From NCBI GenBank assembly GCA_019828565.1, contig JAHDYR010000003.1:431309-495308 (forward strand): a stretch of DNA of 64,000 nucleotides, given 5' to 3'. Each line of letters begins with the position of its first letter. The first letter of the stretch is position 1. The position numbers and the translations under genes were made by a program. Positions 22,603 through 33,477 of this stretch are shown here, one piece after another. The DNA is from Carpediemonas membranifera BICM. Lineage: Eukaryota > Protista > Fornicata. Under the pieces are notes generated by a model. That model saw only the letters and a program-made list of their open reading frames with translations. It had not been told where the DNA came from and made no database searches.

Positions 22603-23561
22603 CATACTGTAAGAATGGCTAGAGTCTCCCGGGAGATACTCTGGAGATACTCATGTGTCAACGCTGGTCAAACCTCGCGATCCAGGCGATCTCAGACACC
22701 TCCAGAACATCTAGAAGGTAGTTATAGAAGCATAAAAGACATGTCTGGCGTCTTGAAGTATCACATGGTGTCAGTGTTGATAAAAGAGGATAACGCATTT
22801 TATGTTGTAAATGTGAAGTGCTCGTTCGAACATGGGATCTTAACAGCGGTGTTTTATAGCTAATAGCAATGCCCTCTGAAGTTTTCAGCCTCCAGTATCT
22901 TCTACTTCCGTATGAATTAATGATTGAATCAAGAGATTGAGAAAATGAAGACTTCCCCACAAAAACCAAACATGGGGGGATAATCCATGGGGGTCAAGTA
23001 CTATCCGTACATACTCAGGTTCTGTGGGGAAGTCTTCATTTTCTCGCATTCGAAAAATCTGCAAAATTTTATCAACGATGAGATGGTCTTGGAAGATTGT
23101 GCTAACAACAGAGGTGTAACTAGATCAACAAAGGATCATGGAACCCTTGGTTTGTCCTAACGCCCGAAACAGTGCCCAAAGAGCTCGTGACACAGGTGAA
23201 CGCCAGAAAGAAATGAAGTTGCTCAGAGTGTACACCATATTGTCCTAGTTCCAATACTTTTTACCATTTTCTTCCAGCTGCTTTCGTTGGCGAGTTTCAT
23301 TTTTTCTTACCGTTACTTCCGCAGTATCTTGCAAGATTCAGGGGGAAATTCAAATTCACTTTTCCTTTGAGGGCAAAGCAGAATTGCGCAATAACGCATC
23401 AATGGGTATGAGAAGCATAGAATACGTATAAAACTCAGTGTAGTTGCTGCTCACAACTTTTTGGAGGAAACAGAGCAGCGGAAGCCCCAAACCAAAAATC
23501 TTTCACAAACTCTTGTGAAACTTGTGAAATGTGAAAGTGACTTCAGCAAAAATTCCTGAGC

Positions 23562-26111
23562 ATGCACATTGTCATACAGACCTTCATTGGCACTGTCTAC
23601 GACAATACTGGCCCTCCAAGGACTGCAGAGCGTATGAACTACATTCTCGCTCATACATACCTCTCCCTTGTTGGTATTGGCGGAAATACACAGGATCGAG
23701 GCCGCCAGCGCCGAGAATTCCGTGAAATCATCTTGGAAATGGCTAACCAGGGCCTATTTGCGGACATGGAGGTCGATCCGAGATTTTTCGCCGACCCGCA
23801 CGACTCTCGACCCTTCTTGCGTGCAGTACGTTCCCATAGAGGAGTCGCCCCGACCTTCGATGTCTTCGTACGTGACCACGCGCGTATTGCTGTCACCCAC
23901 GAACGCTTGCGGAGACAGCACGAGGTCTCAACTGAGGAAACTGACAACTACAAGCAGATTTTGGAGCTTGTTTCTATCCTGATGTACATCAAGTCGGGTT
24001 GTAACGCAACCCATGAGCTCTTTAAGCTCATCCGTAGTCTTTCTGCGCGACTTCATATGCCAATCATCTCCAGCAAGGCTGCTGATATCTTCGTGAAGCA
24101 GTTGCAGGTCAATATCACCAAGATCAACGGCCTGGTTGCAGCGCTGACTAGACCAGAGGTTGCTTTCTTGGGTCATCTCGTCCCTGTGGAGTCTGTCACA
24201 GTCAACACGACCTGGCGGTGGGGCAGAAATGGCACAAAGTCGAGACTCGAGTGCACCAATCGCCTAACGGTGGACGAGGGTGTCGATATCCAGCCCCTGA
24301 CGGACGCGGAGAACGTCATTGACTTCAAGTGGGAGAAGCCAATGCTTGATCTTCACTACGAGACGAGCGATGAGGCCACAAGTCATCGCCCTGAGCTCAA
24401 GCAGACCCAGGGAGTCACCCTCGGCAAGCGGCTCAACAGCTCCACATGGGACAAGGTTGATCGAGTCTGGTTTGATGCCGTTCGTTACCTCAAGCAAGCT
24501 GTTCGCCACCCGGAATGGCTCGAGTCGGACCAACCCAACTACGTTCGATGCAAGAATGCCCTTGGCAACAGGGTTGGAGTCACGTTTAGCCCCATGAAGA
24601 TCCTACTATGGCTTGACGGGTGGAAAGGGGGTTCTGCTGCCTTCAAGCTCCGCATCTACGACCCCACAGGCTTCACATTCCCCAACAAGATTACTCCACC
24701 TTTCCGTATAGTCGAGTATATGGGTAGCGAGGGTGATTTGTTGATGGAAGAGTCTCTTTCTCGCGTCGAGAAGGAGATTGAGCGCCTATACACGAGTCAG
24801 ATACCCATCAGAGACACTGGTGAGGTCACGATCTTCGACCATGTCATCGTCATGGGCGATCATGCCGCCCTCCGCCACATGCTGTCCAGAAAGTCGGGCC
24901 GGCCCAACTATCCACACCCTTGCAACACGATTTACCACAAAAGTAAGGCGCTCCACCCGATAGCAGGCCGCCATCGTCTCACCATCAAGGACAACCTGGA
25001 CGATAAGACAGCATACCAGGCTGAAGTCGACGACCCGAACCGAGTTCAAGATGTACTTGCAATCTATGGCGATTTCACCAATGAACGCATGGTATTCGAG
25101 AATTGTAGTGTCATCCCTCTTGAGAAGATCGTCATATGCCCTCCATTCATGCACGACTCGCACCGTTTACTCGAGCAGGTTGCCCATATCTGTGGTTCTT
25201 TCAAGAAGCATCCCACCACCCGCGGGTCCCGCGAGGAGATCATCCAGAATAAGCTCCTCAACCTTAAGCTTGGCCGTATGTCGTCCATGCGAAGCATCGA
25301 TAGGACCGTAGGTTGTAACGAGCAGTCGTCCGCACGTGTAAGGATGGCTGCCACGACTAAGAGGACTACGTTGCTCTCCCTGAGTGCATTCAAGATATCA
25401 TTCGGCTCATTGGCTACCTCCAGGCCATGTACTACTCGTCCGAACCTGTGACTGACGCGGCTGTCGCGTTTCACTTCATGGCTGCCGCAGTGGCCCACCT
25501 CATTCACGTCACGATTGCGTTCATTCCTAACAAGGATAAGACTTCCATATCCCTGCTATCAAGCAGCGAAGCGAAGACGAAGGAGAAACCGTGCGCTGAG
25601 AACCTCTACAGCATCAGCAGACTCACGACGCAGCCCCTGTGCCACAAGCATCTCAAGGTGCCGCTGTTCTATATCCTAGAGGAGTACTTTGAGCGAGAGT
25701 TCATCAAGAACCAGGAGGTAGCAGCCAAGTTGCACAGGAAGGCAGTCCTTGAGGGCATTTGCTTGATCGAGCAGACAACTCTCGCGTGTTCCTTCCTGAC
25801 GGGCATGCGTTCTTTTTGGTCGGCAGGACTACTCTGTCCCCCAGCTCCAGCGACTCAAGTGTGTGCGAGTTCACGACTGCTGTAAGGATGCGAAGCATTG
25901 GTTTGGTGTCCGCACACTGACCACCGTGACCTTCGAGCCAACTCGTGAGATGATCCAGACCTTTCAGGAGACTGTTGATGAAGTGTGGGAGTTTGTAGAA
26001 GAGCATACGACGCTGACGTGGGGTGAGGAGGGCACGATGTCATGCAGTCTGGCGGACCATGGCATAGAGTTAGTTTGCTGCCTGTGTGGAGAGTGTAGCA
26101 GACAGAATTGA
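23562..26111 (+). CDS. Putative DDE transposase of X (CMC/Chapaev/Transib-RAG-like), in three frames
   Basis: LWLDGW (first D), VMGDHAALRHML..SG..YPHPC (second D), PPFMH, LEEYFERE (E), Cys-rich C-terminus; frames 23562-25451, 25427-25885 and 25863-26111 need introns or indels to join. Confidence 0.7.
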
Positions 26112-26238
26112 GGCATCCGCGTGATATAAAGTGATGTAAGATGGTTCCGTGATAAATTCATTCATTTTTCATATGTGCCACTTTTTTTTCATGAATGGCA
26201 CATTTCACATTTCGCAGGTTTCACAAAAGTTTGTGAAA

Positions 26239-27165
26239 ATGAACCAAACGGGGAAAGAATCTTGGACAGAGGATACTCTTGCAGCCCATAAGGCTTATAT
26301 ACAGTACGTAAGACTTTCTGATAAGTCAGACATCATCCCCAGTGTCCGTACGTTTTTTTAAGCAGGACGTTGCCACGAGAGGAGTTGATGACATCGATCA
26401 TCGCTTCTTCATGTTTGTTCACCCAGTGTTGCCCAGGTATTTACCCAGATTGGTTGCGATTCGTGACTGCAAGACTGATTCCATCATTTCGGCCTTGTTG
26501 CTCACGAAGGAGTCATACAACACCGAAGCTACTGATGAAACCCCTTCCGAGCTGCGCCAGGACTTATATGTTGTGGTTATTCGCACGGCATTCTATGCCA
26601 GGGGCAATGGTCTCGCCACGATTCTTCTTTCGGTTGCCTCTGCCGGACAGAGGATCCGCCTGCAGTGTGTAAGTTCTCTTGTGCCAGCCTACCAGCGTAT
26701 GGGGATGTCCATCTCCAAGCAAAAGTCCACGATGGAGTACCTGGATGATGCGAAACTGGTGACCATGGAGGCAACATACGGCCCGAACAAGTGGACGAAG
26801 CTCGGTGAGAGTCTCGTTGCTTGCCATGGATATGCCATGAAGTCCTGGAGGGCTCCCCCGTCCGTCGACTACGGTACGGCTTTCACTTCTGTGGACCAGG
26901 TCCAGCCTCCCCAAAGAGAACCCAAGCCACCCAACCCACCCTGCCCACCAAGCCCTCGGACAAGCTCAACCGCTACATTAAGCGTCTGAGGAAGAGTGTT
27001 ACCCCGCACCCGACGCGCAAGAAGCAACGTGAGATAATCATCGCCCTTTACGACAGCAACCGAAGGGATTTGGTCCAAAAAGATCGTGGATAAGAGATCA
27101 AAGATGCGTAAGGATTACCAGAAAGAGAACTATTTCGAGGAAGAGTGGTACCATCTGCTGTCTGA
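26239..27165 (+). CDS. GNAT-family acetyltransferase (X cargo), homopolymer frameshifts
   Basis: LYVVVIRTAFYARGNGLATILL (acetyl-CoA motif A, R-G-x-G-x-A) and LVPAYQRMGM (motif B); comparison with copy 2 places the start at MNQTGK (26239); 3' end approximate. Confidence 0.8.
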
Positions 27166-27216
27166 GAAGGAAGATGAGGAAGAGAATGAAGATTAAATGA
27201 AGAAGCAGTCGATTTA

Positions 27217-27903
27217 TTACTCATTTGAGTTGACGTTAGCTGCGTGGAAGAGCAGGAGGCTCGCGTAAACGGGTATACGCAGAACATCACGAGCCTCTGC
27301 AGCGGCACGGGCAGCGTTCCTCTTCTCAATCACAGCGGCGAGGTCCTTGAAGGTCTTCGAGTGCTTCTTGAGGACAAGCTGCGGACGCTCGAAGATGAGC
27401 TTAGAGTCCTTGCGGCACACACTCTCCAGAAGGACCTCTCTGACCTTGTCGACAGAGATACCAAGCCTCTGGGCGACGAAGGCGTAAGCGCGGGGGCGGA
27501 CCGACTGAGGGATGCCGTGGAACAGCTCGCGGTACTCACGGACAGTTGCCAAGAGAGGGCTGCCATGGTCGACCTCATCTCCTTCGGCGTCCAGGCTGAT
27601 GAGGGCCCTGAAGCGCTTCTCCTTGGCCTCAGAAGACTCGCCCTTGAACTGCGCCATGATCTTCTCGATGCTGTCGAGAGTACGGAACTCCGCTTCATCC
27701 CTAAGATCCTCCGGAACGAATGTGGGGAGGTCATTGGGGCGTCTGTCAACCACCTCATTGCAAATGCGGTTTCCGGTGGCGACATCGGCAGCGGAGATGC
27801 TTCCAGCAGCGTGCTCCTTCTCTAAGTAAGTAGAAATCATTTCCACAGCGTTTAGACGCTTTCTGCCCTTGCTCTTAGCAGTATTACTCCGTTTCGGAGG
27901 CAT
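27217..27903 (-). CDS. Basic nuclear protein with HTH-like segment (X cargo)
   Basis: MPPKRSNTAKSKGRKR NLS-like start; YAFVAQRLGISVDKVREVL HTH-like; conserved in copy 2. Confidence 0.6.
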   Translation of the reverse strand: MPPKRSNTAKSKGRKRLNAVEMISTYLEKEHAAGSISAADVATGNRICNEVVDRRPNDLPTFVPEDLRDEAEFRTLDSIEKIMAQFKGESSEAKEKRFRALISLDAEGDEVDHGSPLLATVREYRELFHGIPQSVRPRAYAFVAQRLGISVDKVREVLLESVCRKDSKLIFERPQLVLKKHSKTFKDLAAVIEKRNAARAAAEARDVLRIPVYASLLLFHAANVNSNE

Positions 27904-28432
27904 AACGTTTCTTCAAGGTGCACTTTATGCTCGCAACGAAATTAGAAAACCAAACGAAGAAAGGAGAAGAGTATCGATCCTCAAACGCTGGCAAGCATGT
28001 GTATATCACTAAAACAACATCATGAGAGCTCTGTGGCCTCGAATGGCCTGTAATAGAACCTAAACAACATCAACAATTGTAACTCGTCGAGGAAGCGTTG
28101 AGATGAACTATAAACGCGGGAATGGATCAAACAATGGATTTAAGAGTGGCATACAAGGCCAGAATACCGCAATTATCGTCCGTTGATCCACGTGACCTCC
28201 ATCTTGGTCGGTATCCAGAGAAAGCCCTTCAGACGCTCGCAACACAACATTTAGAAGACTTATCGTGAATGGCTCCTTCCATGATGGACCTTCACCTGGA
28301 CATGCCATCTCTGACATGTCCAATGGTCTCCATTGAGCTCGCATTCATCCCTCTGAGCATCCGCCCCATGGTCCAATCAGATGCCCAATCAAAATTCTGC
28401 ACCGAAGTGCCCCGAGGACCTCCTCTGAGTTC

Positions 28433-28599
28433 ATAAGGCTCTCAGAGCCTTATACACCAATTCGAAATCGTGTATAAGGCTCTCAGAGCCTAATGAATCT
28501 CCCGCGCGCCGTTGCCTACTGATACTGGTCATTTTTCCGCATGGTTTATTAGGCTCTCAGAGCCTTATGAATTTTTTCATTAGGTCCTGAGAGCCTTAT
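28433..28599. repeat. Four 21-bp palindromic repeats ATAAGGCTCT-C-AGAGCCTTAT
   Basis: Units start at 28433, 28474, 28548 and 28579 (the last degenerate); the array ends 4 bp before ATG 28604. Confidence 0.9.
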
Positions 28600-28603
28600 A
28601 ATC

Positions 28604-29977
28604 ATGCAATCGGTTTTCGACTTCTACATGCTCTTGAAGCGTTCGAAAACGTTTGGTAAGCAGTTCTTTATCTTCTATGACAGCGCTGAGATCAGTCAGG
28701 CCTCATCAAACGCGCAGGAGATGATCAAGTGCTCACTTCTTCGTAAGTTCCTTCTGCCCGATGACAAGATCCTCACCGCCCTTCTTCGTGATCGTAAGTA
28801 CTTTCCCCATACCTTTTTACACAGATATTGGCTGGAAAACGCTTCGCAAGCTCTTCAGGTCGCCTCACCTTATCCTGCACCTAAGAGAAACTGCCGAGGC
28901 TCAGCTTGAGCTGATCACGACATCGGCTGAGCTGAAGAAGGTCATGGGAGATCATGCCTACGACAGCCTTGTCCAGAAGGTCCGCCGAGAAGTGTCTTCG
29001 GATCACGAGCACGACGTTGGAGGTAAGTACTCCAAATAACTCCTGCTTATTCAGTCCTTTCGCTGCTCCGTGAGCGCATAATGCGCAAGGTGAAGCCAGG
29101 AAGGTCGGGGGTCGTCCGTTCGTTCAAGAACAACGCCGAGCCTGAGCTGTCGGACCCGGTCGACGTGCAGTTCGACCGGATAAGGCACCTGGACGCGCTT
29201 CTGATGGACTCTCCCGTCCACAGAAGTACCCTGAGTGGCACATCGCGCCTCCTGCGCCGCCATCTTGCCGTGGAACACAACGGTGCGATCCGTGATTTGA
29301 AGAGGGAGCTTTGGCGAGCCCGGGCCAAGATTGAAAAGCTCGAGACGGAGAAGCTTGTGCCCTTGAAGAAGGAGGCTGAGGTCATAGACCTGGATCGGGA
29401 GGCTTTGGTGGCCGCAGACCCCAAAGATGACGTCCAGACCATCATGGAGAAGACCGCTAAGAAGTTTAAGAACGATACAAGCTCTCTGAAGCGGTCTGAG
29501 GTGCCTGGGGATGGCTCATGCATTCTCAGCGCCATGCATCTCATCAGGACTGGGTCCCAGCCTACTGTTGGTGAGAAGCTTCAGCTGTACGAGGACATCC
29601 GATCCTTCTGTGAGGGCAAGGGGTTCGAGGGCGACCCGTTCTCTGAGATGCCTGGCTCCCCTTTCCCCTGGGCAGACCATGAGGCCATCCAGGCCAGTGT
29701 AGAGCTGAGTCACACTCCGGTAATCATCACCCAGATCGACGAGGACCTTACCTGCCTCTGGGTCCACAAAGGTTGGGAAGATTCAGAGTTCTTGCCCATC
29801 CAGGATGCGACGCTGGACAAGATCTTAGGTCTTTGTGAGAGCATGAAGCTCACTCAGTTCATCGTCATCGAGAATCGTCATGCCTGTGTCTACAGTCTTC
29901 CGGACCGCAAGCGCAAGGCAGCTGCCGCAGAGCCCGAGAAGCGTGCTACTCGTCCGGAGGATGTCACCCGCTCATAA
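28604..29977 (+). CDS. OTU-like cysteine protease/deubiquitinase, 3 exons (28604-28793, 28825-29022, 29055-29977; 436 aa)
   Basis: VPGDGSCILSAM...W...ENRHA (OTU D-G-x-C...H); two GTAAGTAC...CAG introns (31 and 32 nt) join three ORFs in frame; coiled-coil middle. Confidence 0.8.
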
Positions 29978-30007
29978 ATGATTGATTGAATTGATATCTC
30001 TTCAAGT

Positions 30008-31011
30008 TTATTCACTCTTGCCTTGAGTCATGCGCGCAGTGTGGAAGCGCTTACGGGCGGGGTTGGACTTGGTCTTCCGCTTGCGGGGCTGCGGCTTGAC
30101 CTGCAGTATTTTGAACTGCTCCACCTTTCGAGCGAGGTAGTGAGGGTCATCTATGGCGAGACTCTTGAAGCGAGCAACCGGGTGCTCCTCTTCATCGGCC
30201 TCAAAGTAGGTCTCGCCATAATCGATGCGCAAGAACTCGCCGCGAACGATGTTGGCAGTGGCCCTGACCGATATCACTGGCAGGCCATCCACCAAGACGT
30301 CCACGAACTCACAGTTGACATCGTCAGGGCTGTGGTTAATCAGGTGGACACCCGCTGCGGCCGACATGGCATCGACGGCGACCTGACTGTCAGCGAATGA
30401 CATGCTGTGTAATGGTAATGGAATATGCGAAACAAACACCATCTGGCCGTTGTTGCTGGCCGTCTCAGCATCGGGAATCAGCTTCCCGAAGTATATGCCG
30501 AGACATGTGCCAGCTGAGATATCCTCAGTGGCAATCATGCCTCGGCCGACGCTCTGCGTCCGATTGAGGAGCCGGATGGTCGGGCTCCTGGGTCAGACGG
30601 GGGGTCGCAACGGGTCTCGGATGAGATCCAGGCCGGAGCAGGAATGGCCTGAAGGCTTATCTCATCCGAAATCAGCCGCTTGACGTCCTGCAGGTCTGAA
30701 CCCGGGTAAACATGCGTCCACCTAGGGTGGACGTGCATGACGGACCCCTCGACGGAGTCCTCCTCGGCTTCAGACGAGCTGGATGAATGGGAAGGCGACT
30801 CGGGAGGCGGAGGAGGAGGAGAATCTTGCTCCTTACCATCCTCGGGCGACTCGGGAGGCGGAGGAGGAGGTGATGCTGCCGTTACAGTCGTTTCCGCAGG
30901 ACGTTGATCCTGCGGAGAAGCAGATGACTCAAAAGTCTTGTTGGGTGGATTTTGAGTCCTTCTCTTACCTACCGGTTGCTGCTTCCTTGCGGGCATCTTT
31001 CTTCTCGCCAT
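30008..31011 (-). CDS. SET-domain lysine methyltransferase (X cargo); frameshift in G-run near 30600
   Basis: GRGMIATEDISAGTCLGIYFG...INHS...NC...RATANIVRGEFLRIDYGETYF; copy 2 (59184-60062) is continuous across the shift. Confidence 0.92.
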
Positions 31012-31205
31012 ATCTTCGTTCTCTTTTTTTCTCGCAACTCCCGATCCGAAGAACAGGCGCATCGCTGATCAGATCCGAACAATACTGCAGTAGCATGCAT
31101 AAATAGTGTAGCAATGAAGGTATACCTCTTTACTTGGATCAAAAAGCTTGTCCTTTGCTTCAAATCAAAATGTGCCATTCATGAAAAAAAATTGGCACAT
31201 TGCAA

Positions 31206-32210
31206 ATGGACGAGAAATACGGAGAATTCGGCACGCGACGCATCAGTAAGGACCAAGAAGTCTTTGAATGTGTCTGTGGTAAGGTTCAGCTCAGGCGTGG
31301 ACATCGCGGGATCGGTTTCAAGTCTTCTTCCTCTCACGAGTGTCCTTTTACAACAGAGAAGTTGATTAACCGACGGGTGCTAATCACCATCGAGCCGCTG
31401 CATGGTTTCGAGACCCCGACTCAGCCCTACCCCGTCTTCCGCGTGGAAAGTCTTGCCAACTCATCTGGCTATCATTTCAAGCTCAAGACGGCTCTAGAGC
31501 TCGTTGATGATGAGTGGCTGACTGCCGTTGCCCGCACCTTTAAGTCTACGTCCCATCTGGCCGAGGTACTTGAGGAGTTGGCGTCGCAGTACTCTAACTT
31601 CGACACTTACTGGGTGATATCGGGTCATTCTGATACAGAAACGTCGCGTATGATCATTGATACGTCTACGAACGAGTTTCTGTATCACCATGATCTGGTC
31701 CAGCTCATCCTCAGGTCATTCGAGAGCCCTTCCTTGGTGAGATCGACGCGTGTGCGTCTGATTTACTTTGCCACCTGCTCCGGACTCGACAGATCTGAGG
31801 AGTCTCAGCTGTGCAGTGCTATTTCGACAGCCAAGTACAAGAACACATGCATTATCCTCACTCCTGAGAAGGTTCTGGCGCATGAGCTTGTTCTCCAGGA
31901 CGCCTATTGGCTCTACCGCGTGACATGCCTCGACAATCCTCTTTTCTTTCTGACGAAGTACTTCTCTGGCTATCGTTTCGCGCCTGGCTCAGCAGGAAGA
32001 CGGATTATAGCCAATGGTTCCTTGTCATTTCCCAACGAGGCCAGGGTCATCATGTCTGAGACTAGCTATGCCCGGCCCATTCCTCTTCCTGAAATGCAAG
32101 ACATCGTTTCTGATGTCAACGAGTATGACCCGTTAAGAACCGACCAGAGAAGACTTATGAATGATCGATACATAAGCATGATGACCCGTGCGCTTGAGAG
32201 AGACGTGTAG
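31206..32210 (+). CDS. Caspase/CHAT/separase-like (clan CD) cysteine peptidase (X cargo)
   Basis: Hydrophobic strand + SGHS (YWVISGHSD) and, about 50 aa later, hydrophobic strand + C (RLIYFATCSG); N-terminal CVCG...HEC. Confidence 0.6.
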   Translation: MDEKYGEFGTRRISKDQEVFECVCGKVQLRRGHRGIGFKSSSSHECPFTTEKLINRRVLITIEPLHGFETPTQPYPVFRVESLANSSGYHFKLKTALELVDDEWLTAVARTFKSTSHLAEVLEELASQYSNFDTYWVISGHSDTETSRMIIDTSTNEFLYHHDLVQLILRSFESPSLVRSTRVRLIYFATCSGLDRSEESQLCSAISTAKYKNTCIILTPEKVLAHELVLQDAYWLYRVTCLDNPLFFLTKYFSGYRFAPGSAGRRIIANGSLSFPNEARVIMSETSYARPIPLPEMQDIVSDVNEYDPLRTDQRRLMNDRYISMMTRALERDV

Positions 32211-32253
32211 TAAACAGATATATATACAATTTATGATCATCTCTCACTAAACA

Positions 32254-33477
32254 CTAAACAATCGGTCTCATGCCCTCTACTCGCTTATAGACAACCTTAC
32301 ATTTGCTGCAGAGGGGAACGATGTACAACTTGCCATCAATGGTGTACTGCACTTCCTCAGAGCAATGCTCACAGTACCACCAGTGACAGCCTCGGCAGCA
32401 AAGAAGAGTAGAAGCCTGTTCTTCTGCTTTCTTCGTGTTCTTGGATCTTAGGCCCTTTTTGCACGCCTGGCACTTGTTGCTAGAGCCGGTAATATAGCAC
32501 GCGGGACAGTAGTCCTTCTTGCCCTTCGTCCTGACACATTGCTCGTGCAGGAAACCTTTGCAAGCACAGCATCTCCTGAACGTAGTGCCGTCTGGATTGA
32601 AGAACCACTCGGGGGTACCACACACAAGACATCCAAATAGCATTTTGCGCTGATGAAGGCTAAGGAAAGTCGTCTTACATGTCTCGGGTTCGGTAGGCGG
32701 GTCTCTCACACGGGTCTCTGAGACAACGTCGTTGATCAGGACCTTAATACGGTCAACAACAGCATCGGACACGTTGTTAGACACCTGCTGCAGATCGTCG
32801 TCACCAAGCCTGGGTCGCTTGGCTTCCTCGTCGTCAAAGACGATCTTCTTCCGAACCGGCACCGATCGATCTGTCGTTGACTGAGGTGTGTCTGCTTCAT
32901 CACCAACACCAAGTGAAGACAGTTGCGTAGTCGACCGTATCGGTGGGATCTCTGCCTTGATCATCGTAGTCGGGGTCGATTTGACCGTTGCCTTTTGCTT
33001 GACAGGCTTATATCTCACCCGGTTGATCACAGGCAAGTTCTCAAGGCTGATTGAGTCGGAAACATCGTTCAGTCCAGCATCTGAGAGAACATCTGAGAGC
33101 ATCTGGCGGAACTCGGCATGGCAGGGCTGACTACGGACAGCAATGTGCTGCATGACAGAGCCATTGTACTCCGCAGAGGGTCTAACTGCTGTTATAAACG
33201 TAGTAACGCCGACAACAGTCGTCCGCCTGACCTGTTCCCGGAGTTCAATTGACTTGAACCCAGGGCATTCGGCGGCGACCCTGCGCTGGACCTCCAGAAG
33301 TACCTTATGGATGTCGCGTGCACTCAAGCCGAGGTCAGTTGCCTCGTCGTCCTCAAATACTGAAGAAACAACGGCTGTAACAAATGAACGACGGAGATTT
33401 GCGAGCTTACTGTTGCCATACTGTCTGATGGGGGGCGTAGCAGCAATAGGTTCTGGTACAGACACTTCTGAATTCAT
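32254..33477 (-). CDS. Tandem PHD-like zinc-finger protein (X cargo)
   Basis: CLVC...CCAC...FLHEQC...YCPAC (C4HC3), then CQAC...CRGC.WWYCEHC...LCSKC. Confidence 0.82.
   Translation of the reverse strand: MNSEVSVPEPIAATPPIRQYGNSKLANLRRSFVTAVVSSVFEDDEATDLGLSARDIHKVLLEVQRRVAAECPGFKSIELREQVRRTTVVGVTTFITAVRPSAEYNGSVMQHIAVRSQPCHAEFRQMLSDVLSDAGLNDVSDSISLENLPVINRVRYKPVKQKATVKSTPTTMIKAEIPPIRSTTQLSSLGVGDEADTPQSTTDRSVPVRKKIVFDDEEAKRPRLGDDDLQQVSNNVSDAVVDRIKVLINDVVSETRVRDPPTEPETCKTTFLSLHQRKMLFGCLVCGTPEWFFNPDGTTFRRCCACKGFLHEQCVRTKGKKDYCPACYITGSSNKCQACKKGLRSKNTKKAEEQASTLLCCRGCHWWYCEHCSEEVQYTIDGKLYIVPLCSKCKVVYKRVEGMRPIV

Noticed and set aside
28433-28599. CRISPR array
   Set aside because: Irregular spacers (20, 53, 10 bp), no cas genes, eukaryotic context.
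28656-28683. Third GTAAG...CAG intron in the OTU gene
   Set aside because: Removing these 28 nt breaks the frame from ATG 28604, and the alternative frame has no ATG.
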